A DNA stretch of 63,643 nucleotides, filler included, from Octopus bimaculoides (Eukaryota): the NCBI RefSeq assembly GCF_001194135.2. It is 7 parts of 7 records of this genome, joined end to end, with 100 filler letters (N's around TTAATTAATTAA, not from the genome) between each part and the next. Parts side by side here need not be neighbours in the genome. Positions count along the whole stretch, not along the records: positions 1 to 26,420 come from NC_068996.1; positions 26,521 to 37,464 come from NC_068981.1; positions 37,565 to 50,965 come from NC_069004.1; 4 more parts are not named here. The stretch is one strand, 5' to 3'. Each line of letters begins with the position of its first letter. Position 1 is the stretch's first letter. Positions 24,690 through 39,013 of the stretch are shown here, in pieces. A program made the translations under genes and the position numbers. Under the pieces are notes generated by a model. That model searched no databases and was not told the DNA's origin. It saw only the letters and a program-made list of their open reading frames with translations.

Positions 24690-25377
24690 NNNNNNNNNNN
24701 NNNNNNNNNNNNNNNNNNNNNNNNNNNNNNNNNNNNNNNNNNNNNNNNNNNNNNNNNNNNNNNNNNNNNNNNNNNNNNNNNNNNNNNNNNNNNNNNNNNN
24801 NNNNNNNNNNNNNNNNNNNNNNNNNNNNNNNNNNNNNNNNNNNNNNNNNNNNNNNNNNNNNNNNNNNNNNNNNNNNNNNNNNNNNNNNNNNNNNNNNNNN
24901 NNNNNNNNNNNNNNNNNNNNNNNNNNNNNNNNNNNNNNNNNNNNNNNNNNNNNNNNNNNNNNNNNNNNNNNNNNNNNNNNNNNNNNNNNNNNNNNNNNNN
25001 NNNNNNNNNNNNNNNNNNNNNNNNNNNNNNNNNNNNNNNNNNNNNNNNNNNNNNNNNNNNNNNNNNNNNNNNNNNNNNNNNNNNNNNNNNNNNNNNNNNN
25101 NNNNNNNNNNNNNNNNNNNNNNNNNNNNNNNNNNNNNNNNNNNNNNNNNNNNNNNNNNNNNNNNNNNNNNNNNNNNNNNNNNNNNNNNNNNNNNNNNNNN
25201 NNNNNNNNNNNNNNNNNNNNNNNNNNNNNNNNNNNNNNNNNNNNNNNNNNNNNNNNNNNNNNNNNNNNNNNNNNNNNNNNNNNNNNNNNNNNNNNNNNNN
25301 NNNNNNNNNNNNNNNNNNNNNNNNNNNNNNNNNNNNNNNNNNNNNNNNNNNNNNNNNNNNNNNNNTATATATATATA

Positions 25378-25535
25378 TACGACAGGCTTCTTTCAGTTTC
25401 CGTCTACCAAATCCACTCACAACTCTTTGATTGGTCCAAGGCTTTAGCAAAAGACACTTGCCCAAGGTGCCATGCAGTGGGACTGAACACGGAACCATGT
25501 GGTTGGCAAGCAAGCTTCTTACCACACAGCCACTC
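25378..25535 (-). mobile_element. SINE family A head, about 1.2 kb upstream of the PGRMC ATG
   Basis: Reverse complement of the family A 5' half, cut by an N gap. Confidence 0.8.
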
Positions 25536-25619
25536 CTAGTATGGTATATATCAGTTACAATCGTTTCGATAACCAGTGGAATTGTTACATCAATGATCAT
25601 GCTAAATCATCATCATCAT

Positions 25620-26130
25620 CATCATCATCATCGTTTAACGTTCGCTTTCCATGCTAGCATGGGTTGGACGATTTGACTGAGGACTGGTGAAACCAGATGG
25701 CAACACCAGGCTCCAATCTGATTTGGCAGAGTTTCTACAGCTGGATGCCCTTCCTAACACCAACCACTCAGAGAGTGTAGTGGGTGCTTTTACGTGCCAC
25801 CGGCATGAAGGCCAGTCAGGTGGTACTGGCAACGGCCACGCTCAAAATGTTGCATATCATGTGCCACCCGCACAAGAGCCAGTCCAGGGGCACTGTCAAC
25901 GATCTCGCTCGAAAATCCCACGAAGGCCAGTCAGGCGGCACTGGCAACGGTCACGCTCAAAATGGTGCATTTCATGTGCCACCCGCACAAGAGCCAGTCC
26001 AGGGGCACTAGCAACGATCTCGCTCGAAAATCCTACGACGGCCCCGCACAAGAGCCAGTCCAGGGGCACTGGCAACGATCTCGCTCAAAAATCCTACGAC
26101 GACTCCGCACAAGAGCCAGTTCAGGGAAAT
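25620..26130 (-). mobile_element. Family C element with expanded internal minisatellite
   Basis: RTE tail plus the block cgcacaagagccagtccagggg recurring at 25869, 25984, 26045 and 26106. Confidence 0.8.
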
Positions 26131-26464
26131 CAGGTATAGAAAATTATATGAGATATAAGGAGTGTTGTAAGTCCATGGAATTTTAAAAGAAAATACAACT
26201 GGTTATATCATCATGACTGTTTAAGTCACCATAGTGAAGGTGTCTGGTGTTGAAAGACTCAAACGACTAATGACTCCAGGAAACATCACTCATGATGGTG
26301 CACCGGCATGACCGCAGCCACTTGGCTGAAACACATAAATAAATAAATAAATGATGTGTCCAGGTGCTTCACTGAATGATGTATGGAATGCAAAAACTAA
26401 TATATATATATATATATATANNNNNNNNNNNNNNNNNNNNNNNNNNNNNNNNNNNNNNNNNNNN

Positions 26465-26476
26465 TTAATTAATTAA
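26465..26476. other. Artificial TTAATTAATTAA spacer inside N gaps
   Basis: The identical six-frame-stop 12-mer is flanked by N runs here and at about 37509, 51010, 54621, 57544 and 60189. Confidence 0.92.
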
Positions 26477-27764
26477 NNNNNNNNNNNNNNNNNNNNNNNN
26501 NNNNNNNNNNNNNNNNNNNNATATATATATATATATAATGGTCACCACCATTCTAAATTCAGTTTAATTTTTGGAATCTTCTTTAGATCACAAGATAACT
26601 AAGAGTCAATCCACAGGAAACTTAATAAAGAGACTGTGTACATACGTAATGATTCTACGTCCCATTACAACGAAGTATTAGTAAGCTGTAAGAAAATAGT
26701 CTGAAAGGAAAAAGTCCACACTCCAGCAAATAGGAAATTCATTAGAAGAGGAAAGCAAACCAATATCACGGTTCGATCCCAGTGCGTGTAGTACCTTGGG
26801 AAAGCGTCATTTTTATGGTCTTAGGTCGACCAATAAGTTGCGATGGAAATTGTATAGAAGACTGTTGGTTGGGTTGTACCTAAAATTCAGTGTACAGTTT
26901 TGGCAGACACTATGCCACGCTCATTCCGCTTGAAAATTATGTTAATGGGAACAGTTTCAGTGGAATGCTCAGCTTCATACACGTTAATTCAGGAGCAGAT
27001 AATACAGTTGATCGAGCATTTGAATCTTCATTATCAGCCCGACGGATATTCACCATCACTACTATCACCATGTATATGTAAGTTTGCGTGTATAAATTCC
27101 CTTAAGAATTGGGAGAATGTGATTTAAGAGATTTGGCTGCTATTTTCAGTATTTCGGACGACAGTGGAGCAATTCTCTCATTGGCGGCCTGCCAGTTAAT
27201 GGGTTTTAATTATTCCTGTCATGCAAAATACAACCGTTAGATCTGTTTTCTGTCGTTTTACACGGCACTCAGGGGCAACTATAAACTTTATTTTAAATGC
27301 AGTGTTTAAGAATGAAACGATAACTAACCCTGATTGACATGAATTCTATACTCACTAAGTAACCTTTGTACAGCGAATGTAGCCAGATGTGATTTAACAT
27401 TTCAGGCAAGTAGAAATATTGATCTTCTTAGTGTATAAACGGAGATTAACCTGTTCTTCGCTTGATGGATTAAATGAGTGCTAACTGAAAGACATAGATT
27501 AAAATCTAACAACTGAATTCAGCAACGTATTTTATGCTTTGCAGATTTATCTGACAAATTCTTTATTGCATGAGTTCAGTCATACGATATAGAATTTCTA
27601 TCATATCTACGTGGCCTAATAGTTAGGGTGTTGTGTTAACAATTATAACGTCGTAATTTCGATTCCTGGACCGGGAAAAGTGTTGTATCCTAGAGCATGG
27701 CGCTTCCTATTACTCCAATTTACACAGCTGGAAAGCAGCACCAACCTAGAGATGGAACTTGTGC

Positions 27765-27899
<135 letters not shown>

Positions 27900-28689
27900 C
27901 CTCTTGCAGTCACATATTCGGTATTCTCTGAGTCAACGAGCGGAAGTTACCGAGAGGGTGTCTATGTGTGCTAGCGACTATATAGGCACCTAAAACAATT
28001 AGCGAAAGCAATTTACTTTCCAATATGTCACACTCGCTTGCGAGCGTTAACTATTCTTGATTTTATTCATCATATCGATGTCTGCTTATCCATCACCAAG
28101 CAAAGAAAGAAATCGTTATTATTTTTTGTGCAGCGTGAGTAATGAATTAGCGGAGTCATTAGAAAGTCGGAAAATATTAGTGGCAGTATTTGTTCCGGTT
28201 CTATGTTTTGAGTTCAGATCTTACGAAGGCCAGCTAATCCCCTTGGTATCGATACAGTAAATTACCAATAATTTAATAGAGTCGGTATAATTGACTAATC
28301 CCTATCCCTCTCGAATTTCTTGCCTATGAGTGGCATCGGGTGATTTAATGAATAATACCTACTTCTCATAACATTTCAACACTATAACTATAGATTTATC
28401 TACATTATACATGTATCAGGTGCTCTGATTTACGCCATGTTCGAAATAAATATATTCTATTTAGTATCAACAAAGAGTAAGATTGCATCTCTTTTGATTG
28501 GGGATGTTATCAACACTGAAACAAATATATAAGAGAACACCCAGTAATTTTTTCTGCTTATTTAGAAAGAAAGAATGTTTTTTCCATCGTCTGCAATTTG
28601 CACAACTAAAGCTTTTTTTTTATATTATAAACATTTCAGGCTGTTCTGATTTACACTATGTTACAAAATACACATGCACATACATAAAC

Positions 28690-28847
28690 CAGGGACGGAC
28701 CTTGGGTGGGGGTGGAACTGAGGGGTACGTGCCTCTCACAAGAAAAGAAGTGCGTCCTTCTAAATAATATTATGCCCGTTTCTCCTGGAATTGTATTCCC
28801 TTCTGACCTCGTGCCCTCCTTTCAAAAAATTCCTGGGACCGCGCCTG
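28690..28847. mobile_element. Small unclassified MITE
   Basis: Termini cagggacggacc / ggaccgcgcctg, with taaac directly repeated on both flanks. Confidence 0.55.
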
Positions 28848-28868
28848 TAAACACATTTGTGGATATGT

Positions 28869-28918
<50 letters not shown>

Positions 28919-29744
28919 CATAGTGCAAACATGTGCAAACATGTGTGTATGTATGCATGTATGTTAGTCTTAATCCAGAGAGCTGTTATCAACAATTTTG
29001 TATGATAAAATATTATAGAAAAATAATACATCAGATAAGGCTTGAACAGATAGTTTCAGATTATGAACACGTAAGAAAATTATTATAAATCGATACTAGA
29101 GAAGGAAATAAAATATCTATCTTTGACTAACGTACTGAAAGCCAAATTATATGTTTAATTCTGCCATCAAACTAACTTATTGCATCTATTGATAATTCGA
29201 TCCAGGATTCATATTTCTAGTTAATTCCTGCTATAACTATGGAATAAATTCATAAAGGCTAATTAAATAAGAACTTGATACATCAAGTCTGTGGTTATGG
29301 ATACAGTTCATGACCAGCTGAACTTAGCCCTTTTCGCATATTTAGGATAATGCAACAGTTTCATACATGAAAACGTTCATGACCTCTTCCCGAGGAAGAT
29401 CAACTTTTGATCAGTAAAACTTTAGCTTAACTGACACAATACTAAAAACTTATACTGGTGTGCTATAACTTCTGCCTGTGCTATCTAAAGCTACTGCAAC
29501 AGTTACTGCTTCGCTGATATGCCAAACTGTGAAAATTCACATCCATGTACACCCGATTCATCTACTTCTCATTCTCCAGTCATCTAGGCTTAAAAAAAAA
29601 TAATTAAAAAAAGAGTTACATATACTCCCCCATTTCAGAGACTGAAGTGGAAAGAATATATTCTATAATTCTACAAAAAATTTTTTTAATGCAAAGACAA
29701 AAGTATAGCTATTATCTATTTGCCCTAGACATAAGCCAATGAAG

Positions 29745-29915
29745 GAGCCTCTACGTGGTCACATGACCTACGAGAAATACCAACAAATTCCATCGAATTA
29801 AACCCTGTCGTTTTAAAATGGGAGAGACACTTTGGATAATGTAGTTTTAAATTTTTAGTATCCAAAAGAAAGATTAAATGTACGGTTATGGCTGATATGA
29901 AGCTAAACAATTTGT
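29745..29915 (+). mobile_element. Dispersed short repeat family D (ctagaaatagcagccaaatctc...ggataatgtagtcc...gctaaacaacaac)
   Basis: Related copies at about 27090-27160 (-), 31320-31480, 31735-31835, 60770-60990 and 61660-61710 (-). Confidence 0.6.
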
Positions 29916-30084
29916 TTTAGAAATGTCAGTGAAGCTAGTTAGCTAAAAAATTCAAAATGAACTATTTGAGTGGGAAGAAAAGAGAGAATCGCAGCACGGT
30001 CAGAAAATGACTTGGTAAGAATACACTGAGCATAATAATTCCAATTTATAGCACTTTGAAACGGCAAACGATTGGATAATAATG

Positions 30085-30295
30085 TTGGTTTCAAATTTTG
30101 GTACAAGTCCAGCGAGGGGAGGTAAGTTGATTGTATTGATCCCCAGTACTCAACTGGTACTTATTTTATCGACCTCGAACGGATGAAAAGTAAAGTCAAC
30201 CTGGGTGGAATTTGAATTCAAACGTAAAGACAAACCAAATGCCGCTAAGCATTTTGCACTCCGTGCTAATGATTCTGCCAGTTCGCCGACTTAAA
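30085..30295 (-). mobile_element. SINE family B copy
   Basis: Collinear with 31505-31712. Confidence 0.8.
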
Positions 30296-31504
30296 CAATT
30301 GAATAATAATGACACATGGTTCACATGACGATTGGCACACGGCTACCAATTAACAAGTAGTATATAGATGATTAAATCTACTATTGTACTTGACTTGTGC
30401 TACATTTCATAGACTTGAAAATAATGAAAGGCAAAGCAGACCTCGTTAGGATTTGAATACAGAATGTAAAAAGACGAAATTAAATGCTACAAGACATTTC
30501 CTTAGGTGCTCTATCGTTTTTGAGAACTCCCCTTCCCCATAACCTCGAGTTATATTACTGTCAGAAAAGCATAGTAACGTCGTGCAAGCACACTGTCAAA
30601 AGAAATGGGACTTGCAAGAAAGATTAGAATTGACAGAAAGAAAAGAAAAAATCCTGATGAACGATAATACCGTGAAAATATTAATGGGACTACGATATCA
30701 AATACAGTGAGCTGCTTTAATATTGATTAAAGGAAAATAATAAAAAAAACATTAGCGATACAGAAGAACAAAGGAATAAAAGATGAAAAGATGACGAATA
30801 CCAATTCCATGGAAAACTGAGGAAATAATGCAGTCATAAAGATACTAATATAAAACAGTGAAAAGAGTGAATTATTTGGGTACTGATGCCCGATGAAAGT
30901 AATACTCAGAATCATTTTTCTCAGTATATAATACTGGTAAGTTAAATATTCTTGTCATTAAAGTGAGGTAGAAGTATAATCTCTGGTTTTAAAAACTAAA
31001 CCAGCCAGAAAGGGAAAACTGAAGATCTTTCTAAATGCAGTATTTACAATCAGATCATTGTAGTTGTTTAATCCGAGCTCAACCCTCACTGGCAATCATA
31101 TCAAATAAGACTAAGCTGTCCATTGTGTCCTTTCTTTTTCAAGACGTTAGAGTATCGATTTCCTAGTTGATTCGTCGACAAAAAGATTGGTCAGTACGGC
31201 ATTAAATCCTTGGAACCAACAAATATGTTGAGAAGATAGCGATCAGCAGGTGGAAAATATGGGACTTAGTCATCATATATGTTTAAACAACATAATTTCA
31301 AATTTACCGACGAAATAGTTGGCACGTGGTCGCTGGACTTGCTAGAAATTACAGTTAAATTTCCTTCAAATAGCACAATACTGTCTTTTGAAAAGAAGTC
31401 CTAAATGCAGCGTTTCCAACTGGAATCATTCTGAGCCTGGATCTTTTCTATCAAAGCTGGCCTTGAGATGAACAAAAATTAAATATACTTAAAATAATCT
31501 TTTC

Positions 31505-31712
31505 TACTCTAGGCACAAGGCCTGAAATTTTGGAGGAGGGGGCCAGTCGATTACATCGACTCCAGTACGCAAATGGTATTTAATTCATCGTCCCCGAAAG
31601 GATGAAAGGCAAAGTCGACCTCGGCGGAATTTGAACTCAGAACGTAAAGACAGACGAAATACCGCTAAGTATTTCGCCCGGCGTGCTTACGTTTTTGCCA
31701 GCTAACCGCCTT
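31505..31712 (-). mobile_element. SINE family B, well-preserved copy
   Basis: Minus-strand head ggcggttagctggcaaaaacgtaagcacgccgggcg with B-box gagttcaaattcc. CpGs are retained. Confidence 0.88.
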
Positions 31713-32056
31713 AATACTTAAAATAATATAAGGCGATGGGGGAGCCATGTATTCAACCTGCAAGAAATAGCAACCAAATCTCCTGAAGTCACATCCTACT
31801 GTATTAGAAAAGGAGACATTGGATAGTCCTTAGTTTCATGCATATAGAAAACAAAGGAGATCGGAGCAGGAACGTCTCGCTCTTTCATTATTTCTTTGTC
31901 TCCTTATTTTTCACTTTCTTCTCCTCTCTTTTCATCTGTCTCTTTCTCTCTCTCCCCCTCTCTCTCTCTCTCTCTAAATGTTGATTAAAGAGGTCACCAC
32001 TTCTCGGTATTGAAAGAAGAAAACATTGCATAATGTAGTTTAGGTAAAGGATAACT

Positions 32057-32092
<36 letters not shown>

Positions 32093-32237
32093 GTACACAC
32101 AAACACACACGCACGCACACACACACACACATATAAAATAAATACGCCGACAGAAGCAGTATTAATACCAGAAGGTAACATATTCACCACCTAAAAGTGG
32201 ATGTTGCGTTAGAACACACACATACTGCGATATTTAC

Positions 32238-32303
<66 letters not shown>

Positions 32304-33941
32304 TATAAGACATCAGGCCGCTTTTGAGCGTTATTGTTTGTATGTAACTCGGTAACAACCTGTCGTATAGTCGTGTCGTCGGCAACTAAACCGGCAAAAC
32401 ACCGAACTTACTTGGTGAGGAGTATGATTTTTAGACACCCTGTGGGATAAAAAACAAGGTCTGTCAAAGGACGAAGAAACTCTTGAGAGTCAATCACCAT
32501 CGAGTACAATCAAAAGATAGATGGTGATCATCAGTCGCAGTGAAGATAATCCATCTAGAAGGTAATCTTCTAGAAATAGAAACCATTCGCCGAGGAATGG
32601 TAAACAGGTGATACTATTCTGCACAGAAAAAGAAATATGATATGTAGATGATATAGCTTTGTCTACAGACGACTGATGACGATATGCCGAATGTACATAA
32701 CTGTAAATACGATACACACACACAGCATACCATTTGAGATGCTTGTGTATACCAAAAATACGCTTAGATGATCACAGCTGGACTTCAGTTGATCAGAGGG
32801 CCGCTCATCGTAGCTAATATAGATCTAAAGAAGAACAACCTAATTTCAAGTTTATGGTAATCAAAAAATGTATTGAATAATAGCCAACATATAAACGTAA
32901 ACATATACAATACTATATGACCTTCAGATGGCTACACATTAGCAGTTTGCTTTAAACAGAATGATATTATTTATAAAACAGCAACAGATTCCACAGAAAA
33001 TGCTACTTCTCTGTGCAGTCATGCATGTAATTTCTTTTGATATCCTGTTTAGTGCAAATAGCAAAGAGTTTCGGTTACAGTAGCGGAGTTTCTCGAACAC
33101 ATGCATCGTTTTCATAATGTGTATTCTTTTAGAATATCCATAAAGGTAAAATTGAATATGATGAATATGACTGGATTAGCTGAAATACCTCGCTGCTCTT
33201 TGTCTACACTACAATATTGTTCTTACTAGAATTCAAAGAAGGCTGAGCGTTGGCTTCCTATATCCATATATACATATACAAAAACAGACATACCCATACT
33301 TTACATATGCAAGCGATCAATCATACAAACAAACACAACCACGCACTCATGTACATATAAACACACATACACACATGCATATACACGCACATAAATAAAA
33401 GGATATACATAGTTTTGCTGTTATTTATTTATGCAGAAAGAAAAGAACGCGTTCATATATATTATTACATGCATACACTGCGTACGCGCTCTCATACGAA
33501 CACGCACAAAAAGATAGCCATGCACACTCGTACGCCCCCATCCTCCACACACAATTGTAATTTTGATAGATCGGTTGCCAACAAGCCTGCAAATAAATAA
33601 AGCTTTACTCATAACTAACGGAAGTTATGAAATATTCAGCAGATCTAACACAATGTTTATAAATCTGAGATTCATGTGCACCCACACGTATCTCAATAAG
33701 GCTGTAGATTGAAGTGAAACTGATAAGATAAGTAAATAATATATATTTAAATGTTTGAATGCATTTCCAGTCAATTTAGGGTTGTTACATGTATCGAAAC
33801 ACATCAATGGATTTGCTGTCCTTCTCACACTCTAAAATTGTTTACATAGGTGGATCTGTAATATTGCTTACGTGGAGGATATTAGTTTGAATTTGTAATA
33901 CATATATACATACATAATACATACAAAGATACATTAATAGA

Positions 33942-33981
<40 letters not shown>

Positions 33982-33992
33982 CGTGTGTGTGC

Positions 33993-34019
<27 letters not shown>

Positions 34020-34024
<5 letters not shown>

Positions 34025-34220
34025 AGCCGTGGCTGTGTGGTAAGCAGCTTGCTTCTCAACCATGTGGTTCTGGGTTCAGTCTCACTGCGTGGCACGTAGG
34101 GCAAGTGTCTTCTACTGTAGCCTCGGACTGACCAAAGCCTTGTGAGTGGTTTTGGTAGACGGAAACTAAAACAAATGTATATATCTATGTGTGTGTCTTT
34201 GTGTCTGTGTTTGTCTCTTC
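34020..34220 (+). mobile_element. SINE family A 5' half
   Basis: Family A head through the TA/TG tract. Confidence 0.8.
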
Positions 34221-34719
34221 AACCAAGTTCTTACATTTATTTATAATTTCTGCGACTCCACACTCTGTTTTCTTTCCTTCTGTCTATCCCTCTATAATCC
34301 TCTTTATTTTCCGCTTCACTCCCTCGTTCTTTGCTGTCTCCTGTCTGTCTTTCTTCCACTCCCTACTACCTTTCGTTCCTTCCCTTCTCCTCTCTCCCTT
34401 TATTTCTGTCCCTCATCTTCTCTCTTGCCCCCCTTCCCCTCTACTTGTTTGCTTTCACGTGACTACAGGCCATTTCTCTCACCTCTGTCTTTTCTGGACG
34501 CGACGTCCACCTAGCTGACGTTATTTCTCTCGTCTCCTGACATTTTTTCTCTTTGACCATTTTCTTCTCTTCTATTTATTCTATATCCTTTCAAAAATTC
34601 TGCTAGGCGTTACCCATTACAATGCGTCTTGGCTTAATGGCCAACGTCGATTGTTTACTTTGTACGTCCACTCTGTTGTTTATTCGTCCGAAGCCTTAAC
34701 GCTCCACAAATTTTATATT

Positions 34720-35002
34720 TAAAAAATTTCTGGATGTTGCTGTCTTATGTAGTTTTCATATCTTGTCGATGAAAACACGAAATAGGGAGTAATAAACAGT
34801 CGACAACTGAGGAGGAGTTAGACCTCTTTTGGTATTTTGTTCCGTACTTGTCTCTCGTTATGTGTTTACATATTTTTCACTCGTTAGTGATGTCCTGTTC
34901 TTATTTTGTATCTTTTGGTATTTTGTCCTATACTTATCTCTTAATGTGTATTTTTTATTTGTAATCGAACGCCACGCAACCTTGTTCACAGTAAGTTCTT
35001 AC

Positions 35003-35041
<39 letters not shown>

Positions 35042-36530
35042 CATTATCATCATCATATCGTGGTAATTTGAGTTCATTTTGGCTTTATATAATCTCTGTA
35101 AAGTTCAAATTGTCTGGGGTAGGTGGAAATCTGCCCAGTAATAGATAGGTCGTAGGACAGATTGTAAGGGAGAGGTGTTATGGGAAATGTTCGTTGATTA
35201 GATTTAGGGTTGTGTTATCGTTTTGAATTTAATCATTCATATAAAACTTTGTAATGGAGTGTGTCTCTTTAGGTGTGTCAGCTTCAGTTCATATTTTCAG
35301 AGGTTTTAGATTGAAGGGCTTCGATCGTCAGCAGATGTGACAATAGGTTCAGTTGTTGTTGGTCTTATTCGATTACTAATGGGAGATTTAACCTTTTGCT
35401 TTTGGAAGGTGAAGGTTAAAGTTCAGAGTTCAGTCCAGTATTTAAACCTTTGCAACTAGGTGTATTTAATTAGGTGTGTCTGTCTTTTTGTTTGGGGAAG
35501 ATGGAGGTTATCAGGGATGTATGTCATAGTATCGTTAGTATAAAAGTTTGTTTATTTTCTGCTTTAATGTTCACAAAAGTATGTACGCAGACTTGAAGGC
35601 TCGTTGGTCAGCAGATTTCTCTCTAGGAGTTAATTATTCTACAAGTTATTCGGTTACTATTTCGAAATTTCAACCTTTGTGTTTTAGGTAAATTTGTGGG
35701 TTATGTGTGCATCTAATTATGTAAAATAAAATAGAATATAAAATAATCTAAGCCAGGTTAGTCCTCTATCTCCCTTGCATATATGCATGCGTGTGTATAT
35801 ATGTATGTGCATGCACTTAGATTAGAAAATTTTGGTGAAATTGTTGGGGAAATTTTAGGTAGTTTTCACAGTACCTGTTTCGTGTGAAGCTGTAATGTGA
35901 ACGTTTATGTATATTATGGGGTGGCTTGTGGTGAAGGTGTGGGGAGAGAACAAGTGGTGTAGTATTTTTATATTTAACCGTTAAAAAAGCTATTTGAAAT
36001 GTTTTAATGTTTTTATGATAGAGTTTCGGTTCAGAATTTGATTCCTGAATAAAAAAAATGTGGTAGGATATTCGTTAGTACAAACTTGGCAAGATCTGTT
36101 GTTAACCTGGTACGGTTGTGCGCATGACAATATTTTCCAATTAATGCTAAACAAAATATTTTTAGTTCAGATATATTTCCCAATCGGATTGCGAAAATTA
36201 TGTGTGTGTTACTTGTAGCATGCCTTGAATTGGTTTCCTGTATATCTGGATGCAGTTGTTGATCTAGTGCTGCTGGTTACAGATTAACTGTAGGGAATAT
36301 TGCTTGTGAGACTGTTTCCTTTTACAGGGCAGGGCGATGTAGTTCTAATGCTGCAACTCTTGCTGTTATGTGTGTGGTTTTGGTTTTCACCTTTGGCGGT
36401 TGTAATAAGTTTATAATTCTATTGAAGTTGTTAGTTGTTGAATAGAATAATATTGTGTTTGAATATTAGTTTGTGATACTTGTAGTTTGTGATACTTGTA
36501 GTTTGTGATACTTGTAGTTTGTGATTATTC
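34720..36530 (-). mobile_element. Decayed Penelope-like element(s), GIY-YIG endonuclease region
   Basis: Minus-strand 36400-36050 reads across frames CPVKGNCLTSNIPY...FKACYK*HTHNFRN...INWKILSCAQPYQVNNRSCQVCTNE, the C-terminal GIY-YIG pattern of Penelope elements. A second related segment lies at 35080-35700. Confidence 0.7.
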
Positions 36531-38198
36531 AAACTGTCTTTTTCTAAAACAGTAGGATATGATCTGATGAAGATTTGACTGGTTCTTAGTGCACTTTGAG
36601 CATGTCTTTGATGTTACCTGCTCGTTCAAACAAGACCAGCAATAATAACAGCAGACGTTAAGAAGCTTTGAATAAACACAATTGCAATTTGCACACAAAC
36701 TGTCATACACACGTGCACACAGCAGTTTGTCGCTACGAACTTCTATGTGTTTGTGTACGTGTTGGTATGATTATATACTTATCTAGTGTGTGTGTATGCG
36801 TCTGGGTGTCTGTGTGTGTCTATGTGTGTGTCTGTGTTGTCTGTGTGCACGCTTATGCTTATTTTGATCTATGTGTGTGTGTATGTCTATATATACAGAC
36901 GTACACACAAACCAAACATATACATTGACGTATAAGTGTATGTGAGTGCATTCCCTTTCTGTATGAATCTGTTTTGCTGGTTTTCTATCAGTTATTAGTA
37001 TAAGTTCAGGTTGTATGATTGACATAAAAATACATAATCACTACTTAGTTGTAACATGGTCAACTTTTCCTGTATCAAATTAAAAATTTTTCAGTGCACT
37101 ATCCTTGTGTATGTATGCTTACATGAATGTATATGTATATGCATGCAAGCATCTAAGAATGTAAATATACATAAACATGTGTGTGTTATGCGTCTGTAAC
37201 TATATATGCACCTCCATCTATATTTATGTAAACGTACATGAAATGTATGTAGGGTGCATTTAATACAAGCACGCGCACACTTGAACGCTTTGCCACACCA
37301 GTCTCACTCTGACAACGAACAAGGTTTATTCAAATTTGTTGCCACTAGGATCTTAAGGGGGGAAATCACGTTGGCTTTCTTGTACCCAAGTGCTACAAAT
37401 TTGAACGGAAATCCGAACAGGAAGTGATCGTTGAATTATATATATATATTTATATATATATATANNNNNNNNNNNNNNNNNNNNNNNNNNNNNNNNNNNN
37501 NNNNNNNNTTAATTAATTAANNNNNNNNNNNNNNNNNNNNNNNNNNNNNNNNNNNNNNNNNNNNACCGCTAAGCATTTCGCCCGGCGTGCTAACGTTTCT
37601 GACAGCTCGCCGCCTTAAGATAAAAGAATATTTTCAAACCAACACAGAGACGAAATTAGACAAGACAAAACGAAACGAAACGAAACCGAAAACGAAACGA
37701 AACTAGTTTCATTCCCTATCGGTTTTCAAACATGATTAACGATTACCGAAAACGCATACGATATTGATACGGTTATAATGACAAACAATACAAAAAAAAA
37801 TGAAATAAAATAGTGAAAATAAGATGACAATATTGACATCATTTCTAATGAAAATCGCTTCGACTGATTCAATATTGGTTGAGAGACTTTACAGCAATTC
37901 TATCTCCGATAGGAAATTAATGTTTGATTTTGATACCTTTTATTAACAATAACCTATTAGTGGTATATATATATCAGCAAATATATTTCACCATTTTCTA
38001 CAACTCATATATTGGAATGTAGTAATGTATTGTACGACACTTATACTGTGATGGTATTGTTAATATATGTGGCTTTACTGTTCTATTGTGATCTGTTGTC
38101 TTCTATTGTTTCTATAGATGTTGCTGGAATTGTCACCATAGCAAAATTAGGTAGTGGAAATATTTCTGTTCTCTTGTCTGTCGCTCTGCCTATATACG

Positions 38199-38276
<78 letters not shown>

Positions 38277-38378
38277 CCTAGCTCTTTGTCTGTGTCTTTG
38301 TCTTCAACGATACGTACATATCTATCTATATATCTATCTACCTGACTGACTGTCTGTTTGTCTACAACGATACGTACA

Positions 38379-38444
<66 letters not shown>

Positions 38445-38701
38445 CCTATCTATTTCTATGTCTCCATTTATCAATGTCTCTATCTAACAATTTATTTATC
38501 CATTCATCAATGTATTTCTGTTTCAATGCGTTGGAGTCGCTGTGAGTGTGTCCAGCAATGCGTCTCCGTGCGCAATTCTGTACGTTAGAAATAACTTTCA
38601 ATGTAAATGAGATTAATTCAATTCAAATGTACATACAGGAAATGACATTATACATATATATATATATATGTATGTGTATATGTGTGTATTTATGTATGTA
38701 C

Positions 38702-38741
<40 letters not shown>

Positions 38742-38977
38742 ATATGTATGTATAAATATATATATATATATATACATTAACATATATACATATATTTATG
38801 TGCACATATATATATATATGCACACACACACGTATATGTGTTTATATATGTGTATATACATACGTATGTGTGTGTGTTGCTTACTTTCCGTATGCATATA
38901 ATAAATTAGAGATATGACTTTGGACAAACACACTCACACACACAAACACACACAAACATACACATACACACACGCAC

Positions 38978-39013
<36 letters not shown>

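Noticed and set aside
25687-26139. 150-aa repetitive ORF
   Set aside because: It lies in a retroelement tail minisatellite. The 61-bp period is not a multiple of three, so the repeats change frame.
32670-32715. Hammerhead ribozyme core ctgatga..gccgaa
   Set aside because: Stem II is incomplete, GAAA is broken and stem I has no partner. At most a dead remnant.
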